A stretch of DNA of 64,000 bases from Spirogloea muscicola (Eukaryota): assembly GCA_009602725.1 (NCBI GenBank), contig WELB01000019.1, forward strand, positions 927,438-991,437, in the 5' to 3' direction. Below are positions 61,522 through 64,000 of this stretch, one piece after another (within the stretch, counting starts at the first letter, position 1; every line of letters begins with the position of its first letter). Both the position numbers and the translations under genes were made by a program. The notes beneath the pieces were generated by a model. It was not told the origin of the DNA. It worked only from the letters and a program-made list of their open reading frames with translations, and did not search any database.

Positions 61522-64000
61522 TCATGACGTTGCCCCGGTAAATCCGCTGTGGAGCTGCTTCATGAAGTACTTGGAGCCGCGATTTGGGTTGATTCGCTTG
61601 CACCGCTCCTCAGGAATGATGCCACAACTATCGCACTGCTCAAAGCCCCGCTGCTTGAACCCGCCCATCAAATTCCCATGATATTGTTACACTCCAATTG
61701 TACAACAAAGCAGCAGTCGAGTACAAGCTTTCAAGGTCCAAGGTGCGCCAGTCTCTGCATACAGCTTGCTTCATACTTTGACGCAAAGTGTAGATGAAGC
61801 CTAGACTCCTGGGCTCACCAGTCGGCTGTGCGAGTTGTGAGCAGGAAAAGGTGGTCCAACCACAGCGATGGCCTTCTTTTCAAGGTAATCTGTGTAGAAA
61901 AGGGTCCACTACACGATGTGAGAAGCTAGTCAGCTATTTGCTGCATCACAGACTACCTGGCACTAGCAAGAATTGGTGGCATAGATTGCAGGACGCACAG
62001 CAGTATCTACAAAGGCACTTGATTGACAATTTGGTGCTCCGAGGTCAGGGCGCTGACGACAAGTACCAAGAAGGGTGTCGCCGAGGCCCTGGCCGCGGCA
62101 CTCCGGGGAGACGGCAAACGCAGCCACCTCTGCGCACTTGTGGTCTTCATATGGTAGCAGGGCTGCACAGGCAATGATGTGGCCCTCCCTTTCGACGACA
62201 GTGAAGCCGTCGAGCTCCCGCTTGATCTGCTCCCACCAAGACGGGAGTCAGAGGAGCAGTCCAGCAAAAGCAAGCCGACTACAAGCACAGAACTAAGTTG
62301 TAATATTCATGTTGTGTGAGGGGAGTCTGAAGGTGGCATAGGTCCATCTCTTGGTGACTTGTAGGGTGTTTGACGCTGTAGACATCCATCATATGGCAGG
62401 GTTGTGTAGCCCTGATTGAACAAGCATGTGACATGTTCCTGATCAATCATCAGAGCTGCCTGCCAGTGAGCAGGTTTGCCGCCATGGACGGGGGCCTTAA
62501 TTGGTCTTTACGTCAAGATAATGGACAATGTCTACAATTTGCAATCGACTAAAAAGATCTTCTCAGTATCAGTTGGGAGTACTGCATCCATGCACCCCAT
62601 CAGGAGGGTGTGATGGAGGATAACAAAAGAGCCCGTGCACAGTGAGGCTGCACAGCAATGTGGGCATGTGTCTAGCTAGCATTTCCAGGGCACTCATGCT
62701 ATGCCTTGTGTTATTTCAGGCACCTGGGCTAAACCTAGGGGTGGACTCAACGTTCCCCTAAGCTGCAGCCAGGATGCGGGCTAAGACCTGTTCCTTGGGC
62801 CGGTGGACAAGGACGCCCTCCTCCTCCAGCGGCTTAAGGAGCGCACTGATCCCAGAGACGTCTCGTGCCCGCGCCGGTCGCACGCCCTCGTATGAGTCAC
62901 TGGAGGCCAAAATGTTGAAAGCATGTTATAAGTGTCGAGGTCATGAGATACATTACAGGTTCTAGAGGATACAGCTTTACACATTACAGGTAGGGCGTGC
63001 CCAGAATGCTGATGTTGACTGATGCTACGGTGAAGATTACGGGTATGTGTACTTCACCAAGTGATAATTTTGGCCAATAAGAGCTAGGAAAAGTAGTACC
63101 TTGACACCATGCAGCCAGAACCATCCCGCGTGTAGAGTTCCAGAAGGAGGACACCCTCAACATTGCTGTCTAAAAGGTGCACCCTCCTAACGCCATTCTG
63201 GAGAAGTCGGCCAAAGGAGGACACCGTCAACACGGCAACCCAGTTGTCATCAACACCAAGCTCCATTATGCCACAGCTTCATACCCAGTATCACAGTCAG
63301 CATGCAGATTCCATAACCTCCTTGTATTGCAAGCTGGTCTTGACTGTCTTGCACAGGAGAGCTATCCCATGACTCTGCTGTAGTCTCAGCAGTGGATTTT
63401 GAAAGTTCTCACTACTTATGAAGTGCTCTGATTGCTCAAGCGTAGCGAATTGCCAGGAGTACCATTTCGGGCAGGGATGCATGTCTTACTCTGCAGGCGA
63501 AGACTGCGGCGGCCATCTCTGACAGGTATCCAAAAGTGCGGTCGTACCGCTCCTCGCCTCCAACTGCAATCCCCCGCCTCGGCAACGGCGTGCAAGGCTT
63601 GCCGTTGCTTTCCTGGTGGTTGTGCTTCTCGTCATCCGAGCGGTTGCCGTTCTCCCCGCCCCAGAAGCTCCGGCCATTGCCGTGGAAGCGAACGTGGTCC
63701 ACGCCGTTGCTGCCGCTGCTCCACTGGGAGGCCGCCGGCTGCTCATGAGGTCCGCTGAGTGCCTTACTGCTGAGCCCAAGGCTCCTCAGGTAGTCCGCTC
63801 CGGCTGCGGCCTTCACGTAATCAGCGGCTGCAAGAGCCGCAAAAGACTGTCACTTCCCACGCTGTTACATACACTTTGAGCATGCACCACTGTTACCACA
63901 GAAGGAGAGGAGGAGAACCAGAGGAAAGCTCACCAACATACGACTGCGAGGCACGGGCCCGGATGAGCTGGTCCGCCTCGTGCAGGGTCATCCAGCGCAG
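61522..64000 (-). pseudogene. NAGS: Amino-acid (glutamate) N-acetyltransferase NAGS/ArgA, 3' part, with a frameshift and a mutated final splice acceptor
   Basis: GYLSEMAAAVFACR/NGVRRVHLLD..GVLLLELYTRDG, YEGVRPAR..LLKPLEEEGVLVHR, VVEREGHIIACAAL, AVSPECRGQGLGD, LFLLTTRTADWF..RGF, INPNRGSKYFMK; lesions at ~61860 and 61661-61662. Confidence 0.8.

Overview
Eukaryotic nuclear DNA with many GT-AG introns, several N gaps and very GC-rich gene 5' ends. The gene set (KEA1/2, RVE-type MYB, IDM1-like, TOP6B, FtsHi1, plus acetate kinase) suggests a streptophyte green alga or other non-seed plant-lineage genome; this is inference. Genes in order: acetate kinase (3' part), TOM40, a single-TM putative thylakoid protein, a frameshifted isochorismatase/nicotinamidase-like gene, a small NRP1-like gene, an IDM1-like TDBD-PHD-GNAT protein, the last exon of an FtsHi1-like gene, a probable Integrator subunit 5 (INTS5) homologue, a beta-tubulin with an 18-aa loop insertion, TOP6B, a REVEILLE-like MYB, KEA1/2, and an N-acetylglutamate synthase with two disabling lesions. 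Intergenic spaces hold about a dozen 5'-truncated CRE-like RLE non-LTR retrotransposon ends sharing a C-terminal DLxLL(T/S)RGY* motif and related 3' ends, including a near-perfect 286-bp inverted pair. Best leads: the INTS5-like gene, its in-frame junction with the FtsHi1-like ORF across a single TAG, the tubulin insertion and the retroelement architecture. All homology calls come from remembered motifs; no database search was run.
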